Shown one piece after another: positions 29,728-37,797 of a stretch of DNA of 58,861 nt. Origin of the DNA: an uncultured Clostridia bacterium. GTDB taxonomy: Bacteria > Bacillota > Clostridia > TANB77 > CAG-508. Each line of letters starts with the position of its first letter. Within the stretch, counting starts at the first letter, position 1. The translations under genes and the position numbers were made by a program. The DNA is taken from assembly GCA_934121875.1 (NCBI GenBank), contig CAKOVG010000003.1:1-58861 (forward strand), given 5' to 3'. A model generated the notes under the pieces. It ran no database searches and was not told the origin of the DNA. It saw only the letters and a list, made by a program, of their open reading frames with translations.

Positions 29728-30820
29728 ATGTTATATATTCTTCAATTAATAATTTAATTACTGTAGCAATTGGTACCGCTAAAAACATACCTAGTACTCC
29801 AAAATATGCTCCGCCTATAGTTACTGCAAATATTACTAAAAGTGGGCTTATTGATAACGAACTTCCCAATATTTTAGGATTTATAATGTTTGCATCAATT
29901 TGTTGTAATACTATTACTACTATTGCCATTATAATTGTTTGCCCTATACCGCCTGTAAATATGGTAATAAGTATAGCTACTGCTACTGCAATAATTGCGC
30001 CAAAATATGGTATTAAGTTAAATAAACCTATCATAAATCCAAGTAATATAGAATATTTTACTCCTATTATTGACATAGCAATTGATGTTAATATTCCTAC
30101 GACTATTGCATCTAATACTTGCCCAGCTATAAAATTAAAAAATACTTCATTTGATTTATTAAAATACTTTCCTATCATCTTATATGTTTCTTCTTTAAAT
30201 ATAGCTGATGATAATCTTTTCAAAAAATTTAGTATTCTTCTTCTTTCTGTTAATAAATATACAGAAACTATGAATGAAACAAATACATCAAATATGCTAT
30301 TTACAATATTTATTGCTCCTTTTGCATATTCGCTTAATTTTTCTATGTTTATATACTGTTTAAAATCAATTTCGCTTATACCTTTTATTGCATTTATAAC
30401 TGTTTCATTTTTAAATATTGAATCTTCTGGTAATTCATTTATTGTTTTCATTGTGTTGCTATAATAATTTCCAAAATTAGCAACAAGATCCACCACACTT
30501 TTTGATATTGCTGGTATTACAAAATTTAGTACTAATATAATCAGTAAAATTGCAATAATATATACTGTTACAATTGATAATACTCTTGCTCTTTTTGAAA
30601 TCGGTTTTACATTTTTATACCAGTTTTCTACTTTTCTGCATGGAATATAAAATAAATATGCTATAAGTAAACCTGCAATAAATGGCATTAGAATGCCAAG
30701 TAAACCAGCAAACCATGTTGTTATGGGTCCAAAATTGTCTAGTAATTTATATACTGCAATAATTGCAACACTTAGACTAAACCAGTACAGCCATTTTAAA
30801 CTTCTTTTTTTCTCTTCCAT
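29708..30820 (-). CDS. AI-2E family (PerM/UPF0118) transporter
   Basis: The 370-aa polytopic membrane protein has the family-typical C-terminal region NPKILGSSLSISPLLVIFAVTIGGAYFGVLGMFLAVPIA. Its AGGAGG RBS overlaps the xth stop, which suggests co-transcription. Confidence 0.85.
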   Translation of the reverse strand: MEEKKRSLKWLYWFSLSVAIIAVYKLLDNFGPITTWFAGLLGILMPFIAGLLIAYLFYIPCRKVENWYKNVKPISKRARVLSIVTVYIIAILLIILVLNFVIPAISKSVVDLVANFGNYYSNTMKTINELPEDSIFKNETVINAIKGISEIDFKQYINIEKLSEYAKGAINIVNSIFDVFVSFIVSVYLLTERRRILNFLKRLSSAIFKEETYKMIGKYFNKSNEVFFNFIAGQVLDAIVVGILTSIAMSIIGVKYSILLGFMIGLFNLIPYFGAIIAVAVAILITIFTGGIGQTIIMAIVVIVLQQIDANIINPKILGSSLSISPLLVIFAVTIGGAYFGVLGMFLAVPIATVIKLLIEEYITYKTSNN

Positions 30821-30829
30821 TTTAACCTC

Positions 30830-31591
30830 CTACAATTCTAATCCAACCGGGCAATGGTCGCTTCCCATAACCTCTGAATAAATTATTGCCTCTCTTATGT
30901 CTTTTTCAAGTGACTTTGATACTATAAAGTAATCTATTCTCCAACCCGCATTATTAGCTCTTGCATTAAACATATATGACCACCAAGTATAGCAATTTTC
31001 TTTTGTAGGGTATAAATATCTAAAGGAATCTGTAAAACCTGAGTCTAATAACTCTGTCATTTTTCCTCTTTCTTCATCAGTAAATCCAGCATTATGTCTA
31101 TTAGATTTTGGATTTTTCAAATCTATTTCCATATGTGCTACATTTAAGTCTCCACATAGAATAATTGGTTTAGTTTCATTTAGTTTTAATAAGTAATTTC
31201 TAATTTCATCTTCCCACTTTATTCTATATTCTAATCTCTCTAATTCTCTTTTAGAATTTGGAGTATAGCAATTTACCAAATAAAACTTTTTAAACTCTAA
31301 TGTTATTATTCTTCCTTCTTGATCATGTTCTTCTATTCCTATACCATAGGTAACATTAATAGGTTTTTCCTTTGTAAATACCGCTGTACCTGAATACCCT
31401 TTCTTCCTTGCACTATTCCAGTAGCAATTATATTTACTAACTACATTTTTTATTTCATCATCTATTTGGTCTTGTTGCATTTTTGTTTCTTGTATACAAA
31501 ATATATCTGCATTTTCATCTTCAAAAAATTCTTTAAAGCCCTTTTTCATTGCAGCCCTTAATCCATTTACATTCCACGAAATTAATTTCAT
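30830..31591 (-). CDS. xth: exodeoxyribonuclease III (AP endonuclease)
   Basis: The sequence runs MKLISWNVNGLRAAMKKGF...IQETK...GDLNVAH...SDHCPVGLEL. The start is at the ATG at 31591, with a GGAGAG RBS. The track's upstream extension has no RBS. Confidence 0.9.
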   Translation of the reverse strand: MKLISWNVNGLRAAMKKGFKEFFEDENADIFCIQETKMQQDQIDDEIKNVVSKYNCYWNSARKKGYSGTAVFTKEKPINVTYGIGIEEHDQEGRIITLEFKKFYLVNCYTPNSKRELERLEYRIKWEDEIRNYLLKLNETKPIILCGDLNVAHMEIDLKNPKSNRHNAGFTDEERGKMTELLDSGFTDSFRYLYPTKENCYTWWSYMFNARANNAGWRIDYFIVSKSLEKDIREAIIYSEVMGSDHCPVGLEL

Positions 31592-31614
31592 AGTTATTCT
31601 CTCCTTGTGCAAAT

Positions 31615-31643
31615 AATATATCATAAAACTTTTACTAATTCAA
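31615..31643 (-). promoter_or_regulatory. sigma-A promoter for xth (TTGAAT-17 nt-TGaTATATT)
   Basis: On the minus strand, TTGAAT (31638-31643) is followed by a 17-nt spacer and an extended -10 TG-A-TATATT (31615-31623). The -35 lies 2 nt from the palindrome below. Confidence 0.55.
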
Positions 31644-31645
31644 GA

Positions 31646-31773
31646 GGGTGACTTCGGGTGACTTTGGGGACGGGGTCAAAAAGCACCTTTTTTCAAATTT
31701 AGCTCTTTTTTAAAATATAATTTTTACTTTGGGTGCTTTTTGACCCCGTCCCCAAAGTCACCCGAAATCACCC
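31646..31773. repeat. GC-rich 128-bp near-perfect palindrome (42-bp arms, 44-bp spacer)
   Basis: The left arm is GGGTGACTTCGGGTGACTTTGGGGACGGGGTCAAAAAGCACC (31646-31687). The right arm (31732-31773) is its reverse complement with a single mismatch. Each arm contains a tandem GGGTGACTT / TCACCCGAA direct repeat. Its composition is strikingly unlike the surrounding AT-rich DNA. Confidence 0.85.
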
Positions 31774-31782
31774 GAAAGTAAT

Positions 31783-31811
31783 AAAAAAAGTTCCTGTTTA
31801 GGAACTCTTTT
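31783..31811 (-). terminator. intrinsic terminator of the G5 hydrolase gene
   Basis: On the minus strand, AGTTCC-TAAACA-GGAACT is followed by TTTTTTTAT, directly after the stop at 31816. Confidence 0.7.
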
Positions 31812-31815
31812 TATA

Positions 31816-32817
31816 TTACATTGCATTAAAGTATACATTACCACCAATATTTGCACCCCTTGCATAACCTGCTGATCTAAATGATAAATAATTGTGATTT
31901 CTTTTACCATTTAAAGCATCTACAACGGCTTGTTTTACATATGATGGGTAATTTCCATTTAGTCTCCTTCTCCAGTGATTATCTATTGAGTAACAGAATT
32001 GACCTCTTGCTTTGTATTGACTTAATGGGTCTGTTCCATTATATCTCCATCTTTTACTTTCTGCTCTGTTTGCAGCACAAGTTATAACTGCTAATGCTGC
32101 ATTATAACTTGAACAAGCTTCTTGTGCTGTAATAGCACATAATAGGTCAAGTTCTGCTTCTGAATAAGTCCATTTTCCACCATATCTTGTAGTTGTACCA
32201 CCTCTTGATGTAACTTGTTTGTTTCTTACTTCTACAATTTTATTTACTGGTTTTTTAATAATTTTTGAAGAAATTTCTTTCTTCTCAATTTCTACTTCAT
32301 TTTGATATTTTACTTTATATGTAACTTCTTTTATGCCGTCCATACCATATTGTACAATTTGGTTTTGTTTTGAGCTAGAGCCTGTTGCTTTGTTCTTTGT
32401 AATTGTTTCATATGGTATTTTTACTTTTTCTACTACAATTTTTTCAATAATAGTATCATAGTTTTTTAAAACTTCTTCCTTTGTAACTGTTTCTGATGTT
32501 TCTATGACTTCTGGTGCTTGAATTTCTTGATCTGTAATTTTAGAAATTCTGATTGTATTGTTATCTGGTAATTCTGATTCTAAATCAGGTGATACCTTTT
32601 CATCTTCAAGTAATATAATATGATTGTCATCTAATATATCGGCTACCTTAGTTTTGCTAGTTAGCACACTCATTTCATAGCCACTAGCTAAAATAATTTT
32701 AACATTATTTAATTTTACATTTCCAGCTACTACTGCAGCTGTCATTATAAAAATAAATAAAATGCTAATAGTAATTATTTTTTTCAGCGATATTGATGCT
32801 TTATCATCATTTTTCAT
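31816..32817 (-). CDS. membrane-anchored DUF348 + G5 domain protein with C-terminal SleB/Hydrolase_2-like cell-wall hydrolase domain (YabE/Rpf-like architecture)
   Basis: There is an N-terminal TM segment and a DUF348-like segment (VKIILASGYEMSVLTSKTKVADILDDN). A G5-like region follows (ETITKNKATGSSSKQNQIVQYGMDGIKEVTYKVKYQNEVEIEKKEIS). The C-terminus (ELDLLCAITAQEACSSYNAALAVITCAANRAES...QYKARGQFC) resembles SleB-family hydrolases. Its position near tatD matches yabD-yabE in Bacillus. Confidence 0.7.
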   Translation of the reverse strand: MKNDDKASISLKKIITISILFIFIMTAAVVAGNVKLNNVKIILASGYEMSVLTSKTKVADILDDNHIILLEDEKVSPDLESELPDNNTIRISKITDQEIQAPEVIETSETVTKEEVLKNYDTIIEKIVVEKVKIPYETITKNKATGSSSKQNQIVQYGMDGIKEVTYKVKYQNEVEIEKKEISSKIIKKPVNKIVEVRNKQVTSRGGTTTRYGGKWTYSEAELDLLCAITAQEACSSYNAALAVITCAANRAESKRWRYNGTDPLSQYKARGQFCYSIDNHWRRRLNGNYPSYVKQAVVDALNGKRNHNYLSFRSAGYARGANIGGNVYFNAM

Positions 32818-32852
32818 TTTTATTTGTTCCCTCCTTTAAAAGCAACATGTAT

Positions 32853-32881
32853 ATTATATCATTTTTTAGTAATATTGTCAA
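32853..32881 (-). promoter_or_regulatory. consensus sigma-A promoter for the G5 hydrolase gene (TTGACA-17 nt-TATAAT)
   Basis: On the minus strand, TTGACA (32876-32881) is followed by a 17-nt spacer and TATAAT (32853-32858). CTAAAAAT precedes it, the same A-tract seen upstream of other -35 boxes in this window. Confidence 0.65.
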
Positions 32882-33083
32882 ATTTTTAGCTCTTTAAGCT
32901 ATCTTGCTATGCTCTAGGCTTGTATCATTTTGCAACTTTTGTAATATTCTTCAAACCTTTACATATACTATTATTGTATGCTTGCTCGTACAAAATTATG
33001 ATTTATTTTTGTTATTTTTATTGTATATTGGTTTAATCTATGTTATTATTGTTTCATAATATTAATATAAAGGAGTGAATTTT

Positions 33084-33641
33084 ATGTGGTGGATTATTAT
33101 TTTAGCTATTATTGTTATTTTAGTATTATTTATTATTTCTGTGTACAATAGTTTAGTAACACTAAAACAACGCGTAAAAAATGCTTTTGGACAAATGGAT
33201 GTACAATTACAAAGAAGGTTTGATTTAATTCCTAATTTAGTTGAAACTGTTAAAGGTTATATGAATCATGAAAATGATACCTTAACTAAGGTAACTGAAT
33301 TGCGCTCAGCTTGGGCAAATGCTACAACAGTTGATGAAAAAGCCAAATTGGATAATGAATTATCTAATTCCTTAAAAACAATTATGGCAGTGGCTGAAGC
33401 TTACCCAGATTTAAAAGCAAATCAAAATTTTTCAAGCTTACAAAATGAATTAACAGAAACAGAAGATAAAATTTCTTACTCAAGACAATTCTATAACGAT
33501 ACAGTTACAAGATACAATACAAAATTACAATTATTTCCATCAAATATTATTGCGGGCATGTTCCACTTTACAGCTGAAAGTTTATTTGAAGTTGATAATG
33601 CAGAAGCTAGAAAAAATGTTAAAGTTGATTTTAATAAATAA
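33084..33641 (+). CDS. lemA: LemA family protein
   Basis: There is one N-terminal TM segment, then YNSLVTLKQRVKNAFGQMDVQLQRRFDLIPNLVETVKGY...YPDLKANQNF...RQFYNDTVTRYNT, which is canonical LemA. The ATG at 33084 has an AAGGAG RBS 8 nt upstream. Confidence 0.85.
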   Translation: MWWIIILAIIVILVLFIISVYNSLVTLKQRVKNAFGQMDVQLQRRFDLIPNLVETVKGYMNHENDTLTKVTELRSAWANATTVDEKAKLDNELSNSLKTIMAVAEAYPDLKANQNFSSLQNELTETEDKISYSRQFYNDTVTRYNTKLQLFPSNIIAGMFHFTAESLFEVDNAEARKNVKVDFNK

Positions 33642-33646
33642 TTTAA

Positions 33647-33682
33647 AACCACCAATTGAAATATCAATTGGTGGTTATTTTA
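33647..33682. terminator. bidirectional hairpin terminator between lemA and tatD
   Basis: AACCACCAATTGA (33647-33659) pairs perfectly with TCAATTGGTGGTT (33664-33676). The right arm overlaps the last codons of tatD. Confidence 0.7.
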
Positions 33683-34485
33683 AATATATTTTTTGCATTA
33701 TTATATGTAATTTCTGCTATTTCTTCTATAGAAATTTGTTTTACATCTGCTATTTTTTGAAGCATATATACTAAATTTGAAGAATCATTTCTCGTCCCAC
33801 GCTTTGGTTCAGGAGCTAAATACGGGCTATCAGTTTCTACTAAAATTTTATTTAACGGCACCAAACTTATTGCTTCCGTAGCGTTTTTTGAATTTTTAAA
33901 AGTGATTGGGCCTGCAAAGGAAATGTAAAATCCTAATTTTAATGCTTCTCTAATCAAATCCAAATTTAATGGGCAGCAATGGAATACTCCCTTATTTACA
34001 ACTGTAATTTGATTTTTTAATATATCTATTGTATCTGCCACTGCTTCTCTAGTATGTATTACTATGGGCAAGTTAAGTTCATTTGCAATTTCTATTTGTT
34101 TTATAAAAGCATATTTTTGATTTTGTTTATTTTCCTTATTCCAGTAATAATCTAAACCTATTTCCCCAATTGCAATTACTTTATCATTTTTTGCTATTTT
34201 TTTTATTTCTTTTAGCTGTTCATTTATTATTTCTTCAAAAAAGAATTCTTTCACATCAACATTCTCATTTTCAAATATTGGTATGTCATTTGGTGAAATA
34301 CCTGCTGTTGCATATATATAGTCATGTTCATTTGCAATTTTTATAGCTTGTTTTGAAGATTCAACACTATATCCTGCGCATATTAGTTTTTTTACACCTG
34401 TATTATAAACTTTTTGTAGTGTTTCTTCCATATCAAGTTCAAATTTTTCATCATTATAATGTGCATGTGAATCAAAAATTTGCAT
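33664..34485 (-). CDS. tatD: TatD-family metal-dependent hydrolase/DNase (YabD-like)
   Basis: The sequence shows MQIFDSHAHYNDEKF (HxH), IGEIGLDYYW, VIHTREA and VETDSPYLAP. A GGAGG RBS precedes it. Confidence 0.85.
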   Translation of the reverse strand: MQIFDSHAHYNDEKFELDMEETLQKVYNTGVKKLICAGYSVESSKQAIKIANEHDYIYATAGISPNDIPIFENENVDVKEFFFEEIINEQLKEIKKIAKNDKVIAIGEIGLDYYWNKENKQNQKYAFIKQIEIANELNLPIVIHTREAVADTIDILKNQITVVNKGVFHCCPLNLDLIREALKLGFYISFAGPITFKNSKNATEAISLVPLNKILVETDSPYLAPEPKRGTRNDSSNLVYMLQKIADVKQISIEEIAEITYNNAKNIFKITTN

Positions 34486-34536
34486 ATTCTCCTCCTTATA
34501 TATAGCGGTAGTAATTTAATATTACTACCGCCTTAG

Positions 34537-34911
34537 TTATTTAAATATTATACTAAAAGAGGCAATTGCATAATTTTTGATATGTGATAAACTTAGATCC
34601 ATTGATTCAATATTTTGAATATGTAAGGCTTCTAAATTTACAACTGGTCTGCCTTTTTCAGTATTTGTAATTTCTATTTTGTTTAAAATGTCTTCTTCAT
34701 TTGGAGATATGACCTCTGAAATTGCTTTATATATAGCTTCTTTAGCTGCAAATCTAGCTGCATAATGTTGGTATGCCATTTTTCCTGTGTTACTGCAATA
34801 TTCAATTTCATTTGTAGTGTAAACCTTTTTTAAAAATCTTGCTCCCTGATTTTCAACTGCCTCCTGTACTCTGTCAACCTCAATTATATCTACACCTGTT
34901 TTTATTTTCAC
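34537..34911 (-). CDS. acpS: holo-[acyl-carrier-protein] synthase
   Basis: The 124-aa protein shows GVDIIEVDRV, FTTNEIEYC-type and FAAKEAIYKA motifs typical of AcpS. Confidence 0.85.
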   Translation of the reverse strand: MKIKTGVDIIEVDRVQEAVENQGARFLKKVYTTNEIEYCSNTGKMAYQHYAARFAAKEAIYKAISEVISPNEEDILNKIEITNTEKGRPVVNLEALHIQNIESMDLSLSHIKNYAIASFSIIFK

Positions 34912-34916
34912 TTAAA

Positions 34917-36149
34917 CTATCCTCCAAATTTAAACAATAACTTAATTAGCCACATTATAATTGCCGCTCCTATAATTGCAATTATCCAATTGTTGTACTT
35001 GTTTGTTTTTTCAACTTCATAATCCTTATATAGCAAATCATATTTGGCTTTAATCCTCATAAATGTATCATCTAGCTCTAGTTCTTTTTTATAATATTTA
35101 TCTAGAATTACTCCTGTTATATTATTGGTAACTTCATAAATCCAGTCATTTTTGGCAAAATTAATAAATCTTGATTTTATATTTTCAAAGTTTTTTGCTT
35201 GCTTTATTTCATAATTTAATTTATTTAAATATATTTTTTGATGCAAACAATATATATAATGGTAAAGTTGTACATTCTCGTATTCAAATAAAAGTTCAGT
35301 ATAATTTTGTATATTTTTAGTGGTTGTAAGTAACACTGTTGAATTTTTAGAAAATCCATAATATACATATTTCTCTTTATATACACTGTCTGTATGATAT
35401 GTTATATCATTAATTTGCTCGTTTGCTGGCTTTACAGTACGATACTTTTCAAATTCTTTTTGTAAATTTAAAATATCAGATTCTTCATTCCAAAGTTCTT
35501 GATCTAAGCACACATATGAATATGTTATTAGCCTGTTTGTATCTAAATTAATTTTAGGTGCAATAATATTTTTTCCTGTAATTTGCATTAAAAAGTCTGA
35601 AAATTTTTGCATATTATCAAATTGCTGTGTTTGTATTTTTATTTTCTCATATTCTTTAGTATGGTGTACTTTTGATTGAATGTCTCTAAATTTGTAATTG
35701 AAATTTAAAACATCTGAAAAACTTGCTCCAGTTTGCAAAGCAGTTTTCATAATCAAAAAGCAAATTCCTGTATTAAAGCACACTATTTCAACCTTATTTA
35801 TATCAAAGAAAATCCCATCTTTTTCTCCAATTTTTCCTGGTATATCTTTTTCTATACAATACTCAAAAACTGTACAATATTTTTTGCTAAGCAATGTTGC
35901 TTTCATTTTTAAATCTAGAGTTTGATAATTTTTTAAGTATTCTTTATTCATATTTAATGGCCAAAACATTTTACTTTTTATTTCTGGTAAGAAATATGAA
36001 TCAAGTTTTATATCTCTTTCAGGTTCAAAAATTTTCAAATTGCATTTTTTGTTTTTTAATAATTTGTATATATAATTTTTGTAATGATTTTCTTCAATTA
36101 AATATGGATAAATAAAATATGTGTATTGGTATTTTGTCTTTAGCTCCAT
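34917..36149 (-). CDS. hypothetical 410-aa protein with a single C-terminal TM anchor
   Basis: It has good coding appearance and an AGAGGAAAAG RBS. It is tightly packed between the WG-repeat gene (11-nt gap) and acpS (5-nt gap). The C-terminus NNWIIAIIGAAIIMWLIKLLFKFGG is hydrophobic. I recognise no family. Confidence 0.6.
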   Translation of the reverse strand: MELKTKYQYTYFIYPYLIEENHYKNYIYKLLKNKKCNLKIFEPERDIKLDSYFLPEIKSKMFWPLNMNKEYLKNYQTLDLKMKATLLSKKYCTVFEYCIEKDIPGKIGEKDGIFFDINKVEIVCFNTGICFLIMKTALQTGASFSDVLNFNYKFRDIQSKVHHTKEYEKIKIQTQQFDNMQKFSDFLMQITGKNIIAPKINLDTNRLITYSYVCLDQELWNEESDILNLQKEFEKYRTVKPANEQINDITYHTDSVYKEKYVYYGFSKNSTVLLTTTKNIQNYTELLFEYENVQLYHYIYCLHQKIYLNKLNYEIKQAKNFENIKSRFINFAKNDWIYEVTNNITGVILDKYYKKELELDDTFMRIKAKYDLLYKDYEVEKTNKYNNWIIAIIGAAIIMWLIKLLFKFGG

Positions 36150-36160
36150 TTTCTTTTCCT

Positions 36161-37687
36161 CTATTTATCTGTATAGTAATTTAAATTTAAATCTTCTCCT
36201 ATATGCCATTTGTTAATAAATTCAATCAAAGAATTGTTTTCTAGTTGGTATGCTGGTGCAATAGCTACTTGTCCTTTTGAGTTTACACAACCCCACATTC
36301 CGTTCTTTTTAACACTAGCATATCCATATTCATTTTGTTCTCTAGCATCATCATAAATGTAGTCCACTACTACAATTCCGTTTTTATTTACAAATCCATA
36401 TTTTCCATCTTTTTTGTCTAAGAATATTGTATTTGATGTTAATACTTCTTTGTTTGTTTTTTCTTCAAATTTAAAATTATAGTATTTGTATTCATTTTCA
36501 ACTCTAACTCTCATATATCCAGCTTCAACATTTATTTCAGATAAAATTCCTGTTAGTTTTGTAAATAATGAATGATCCATGAATTCTGTATTCACTTCGT
36601 TAGCCTTTGTTCCTTCTATGAAACCAGCATCAGCTCTATAAATTAAACTTTCATATGTTGGTAAAATTAATTCTTCGCCTTGTAAATTTGTAACACCATA
36701 TTTATTATTTAATTTTACAATATATTTGTCGTCAAATAAATAACTAATTTCTTGATATTTTGTTGCAATTTTAGTATCTCCAGCTAATGTTACAACTCCA
36801 TATTTTCCATTATTCTTAATTATTACATTTTCTCCGTTTATAGAGACAACATCCTCCATTTTACCTTTTAAATATGTATTTCCTTCTGTATCTATTACTT
36901 GCCATTTTCCAGATTCTTTTACTACATATTTTCCACTTCCACCTATTGCTTTAATATCTTGATATTTAACTTCTAATGCAGTAGTTTTATCATGGTTTAT
37001 AACTCCTACTTTTTTATCTGTACTTGTTACAATATATCCATCTTCATATTTGTCTGAAATTGGTGCAATTTGACTGTATTCATTTTCAATAAGAGTTGAT
37101 CCTATATTATCTACTAAGCCATATTTTTGGTCTTTTTTTGTTAATATGCTGCTTTTTACACCTTTTAATGCTGTAATTTCATCATATTCACATTTTAATA
37201 ATTCTTTTCCTTTAAAATCAACTAGTCCATATTTTCTGTCTTTTGAAACTAATAGCACATCCTTTTCATACCATATGTTGTTTTCATTATCATAGTTTTC
37301 TAAAGCAGTAATTGTTTCATATCCTGTTACAATTTCTTCTCCTTTTGCATTTATTGCCTTAGTTTTATATGTATTTTTTGCATAATCTACATCATATGTA
37401 CATATAAATAGTTCTTTACTATTGTCCGGAATAATGATTGCCTCACTGTATTCTGGTTTTATAATGGTTTCCCCTTTTGAATTTATTACTCCCCACTTTC
37501 CACTTGTATATACTGCAAAGTAACGATTTGGTACTTTCTTTTCTTCAGCTTTGGTTTCTCCATTAAATAGCTTAGTTACTCCTATAATTGCCATTATTAT
37601 TACTGCAAATACAAATATAACTGCTATTACTTTTTTAATGTTTAGCTTTGGTTTTTGTGAATTATATCTTCTTCCTGAACTTGACAT
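36161..37687 (-). CDS. membrane-anchored WG/KWG-repeat protein
   Basis: After an N-terminal TM segment there are at least 8 repeats of the form (K/G)(K/W)(Y/W)G(V/L)(I/V)(N/D)xxGxxΦΦxxxYxxΦ. Examples are SGKWGVINSKGETIIKPEYSE, DRKYGLVDFKGKELLKCEYDEI and NGMWGCVNSKGQVAIAPAY. Confidence 0.75.
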   Translation of the reverse strand: MSSSGRRYNSQKPKLNIKKVIAVIFVFAVIIMAIIGVTKLFNGETKAEEKKVPNRYFAVYTSGKWGVINSKGETIIKPEYSEAIIIPDNSKELFICTYDVDYAKNTYKTKAINAKGEEIVTGYETITALENYDNENNIWYEKDVLLVSKDRKYGLVDFKGKELLKCEYDEITALKGVKSSILTKKDQKYGLVDNIGSTLIENEYSQIAPISDKYEDGYIVTSTDKKVGVINHDKTTALEVKYQDIKAIGGSGKYVVKESGKWQVIDTEGNTYLKGKMEDVVSINGENVIIKNNGKYGVVTLAGDTKIATKYQEISYLFDDKYIVKLNNKYGVTNLQGEELILPTYESLIYRADAGFIEGTKANEVNTEFMDHSLFTKLTGILSEINVEAGYMRVRVENEYKYYNFKFEEKTNKEVLTSNTIFLDKKDGKYGFVNKNGIVVVDYIYDDAREQNEYGYASVKKNGMWGCVNSKGQVAIAPAYQLENNSLIEFINKWHIGEDLNLNYYTDK

Positions 37688-37780
37688 TTTTCACTTTCCT
37701 CCTTAAACCCATACAAAAAAATATAGTACGGCTAATTTTATAGCTATACTATATCACATTTATATATACAATTACAATAT

Positions 37781-37796
37781 TTTTGTCGTTTTTAGT
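37781..37796 (+). promoter_or_regulatory. copy B of the recurring motif TTTGTCGTTTTTAGT
   Basis: This is an exact copy lying 2 nt past the spoIIE stop codon and about 95 nt upstream of the WG-repeat gene start. On the gene strand, several -10-like hexamers (TATATA / TATAAA, TGaTATAGT) follow it. Confidence 0.5.
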
Positions 37797-37797
37797 A

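Noticed and set aside
29712-30464. 250-aa plus-strand ORF
   Set aside because: It is antisense to the AI-2E transporter gene. It has no RBS and is simply the mirror-image hydrophobic frame.
31646-31773. The GC-rich palindrome as a tRNA, riboswitch or ordinary terminator
   Set aside because: It has no cloverleaf or acceptor/anticodon architecture. A 42-bp stem is far longer than an intrinsic terminator, and a normal terminator for the upstream gene already exists at 31783-31811. It is kept as an unexplained repeat.
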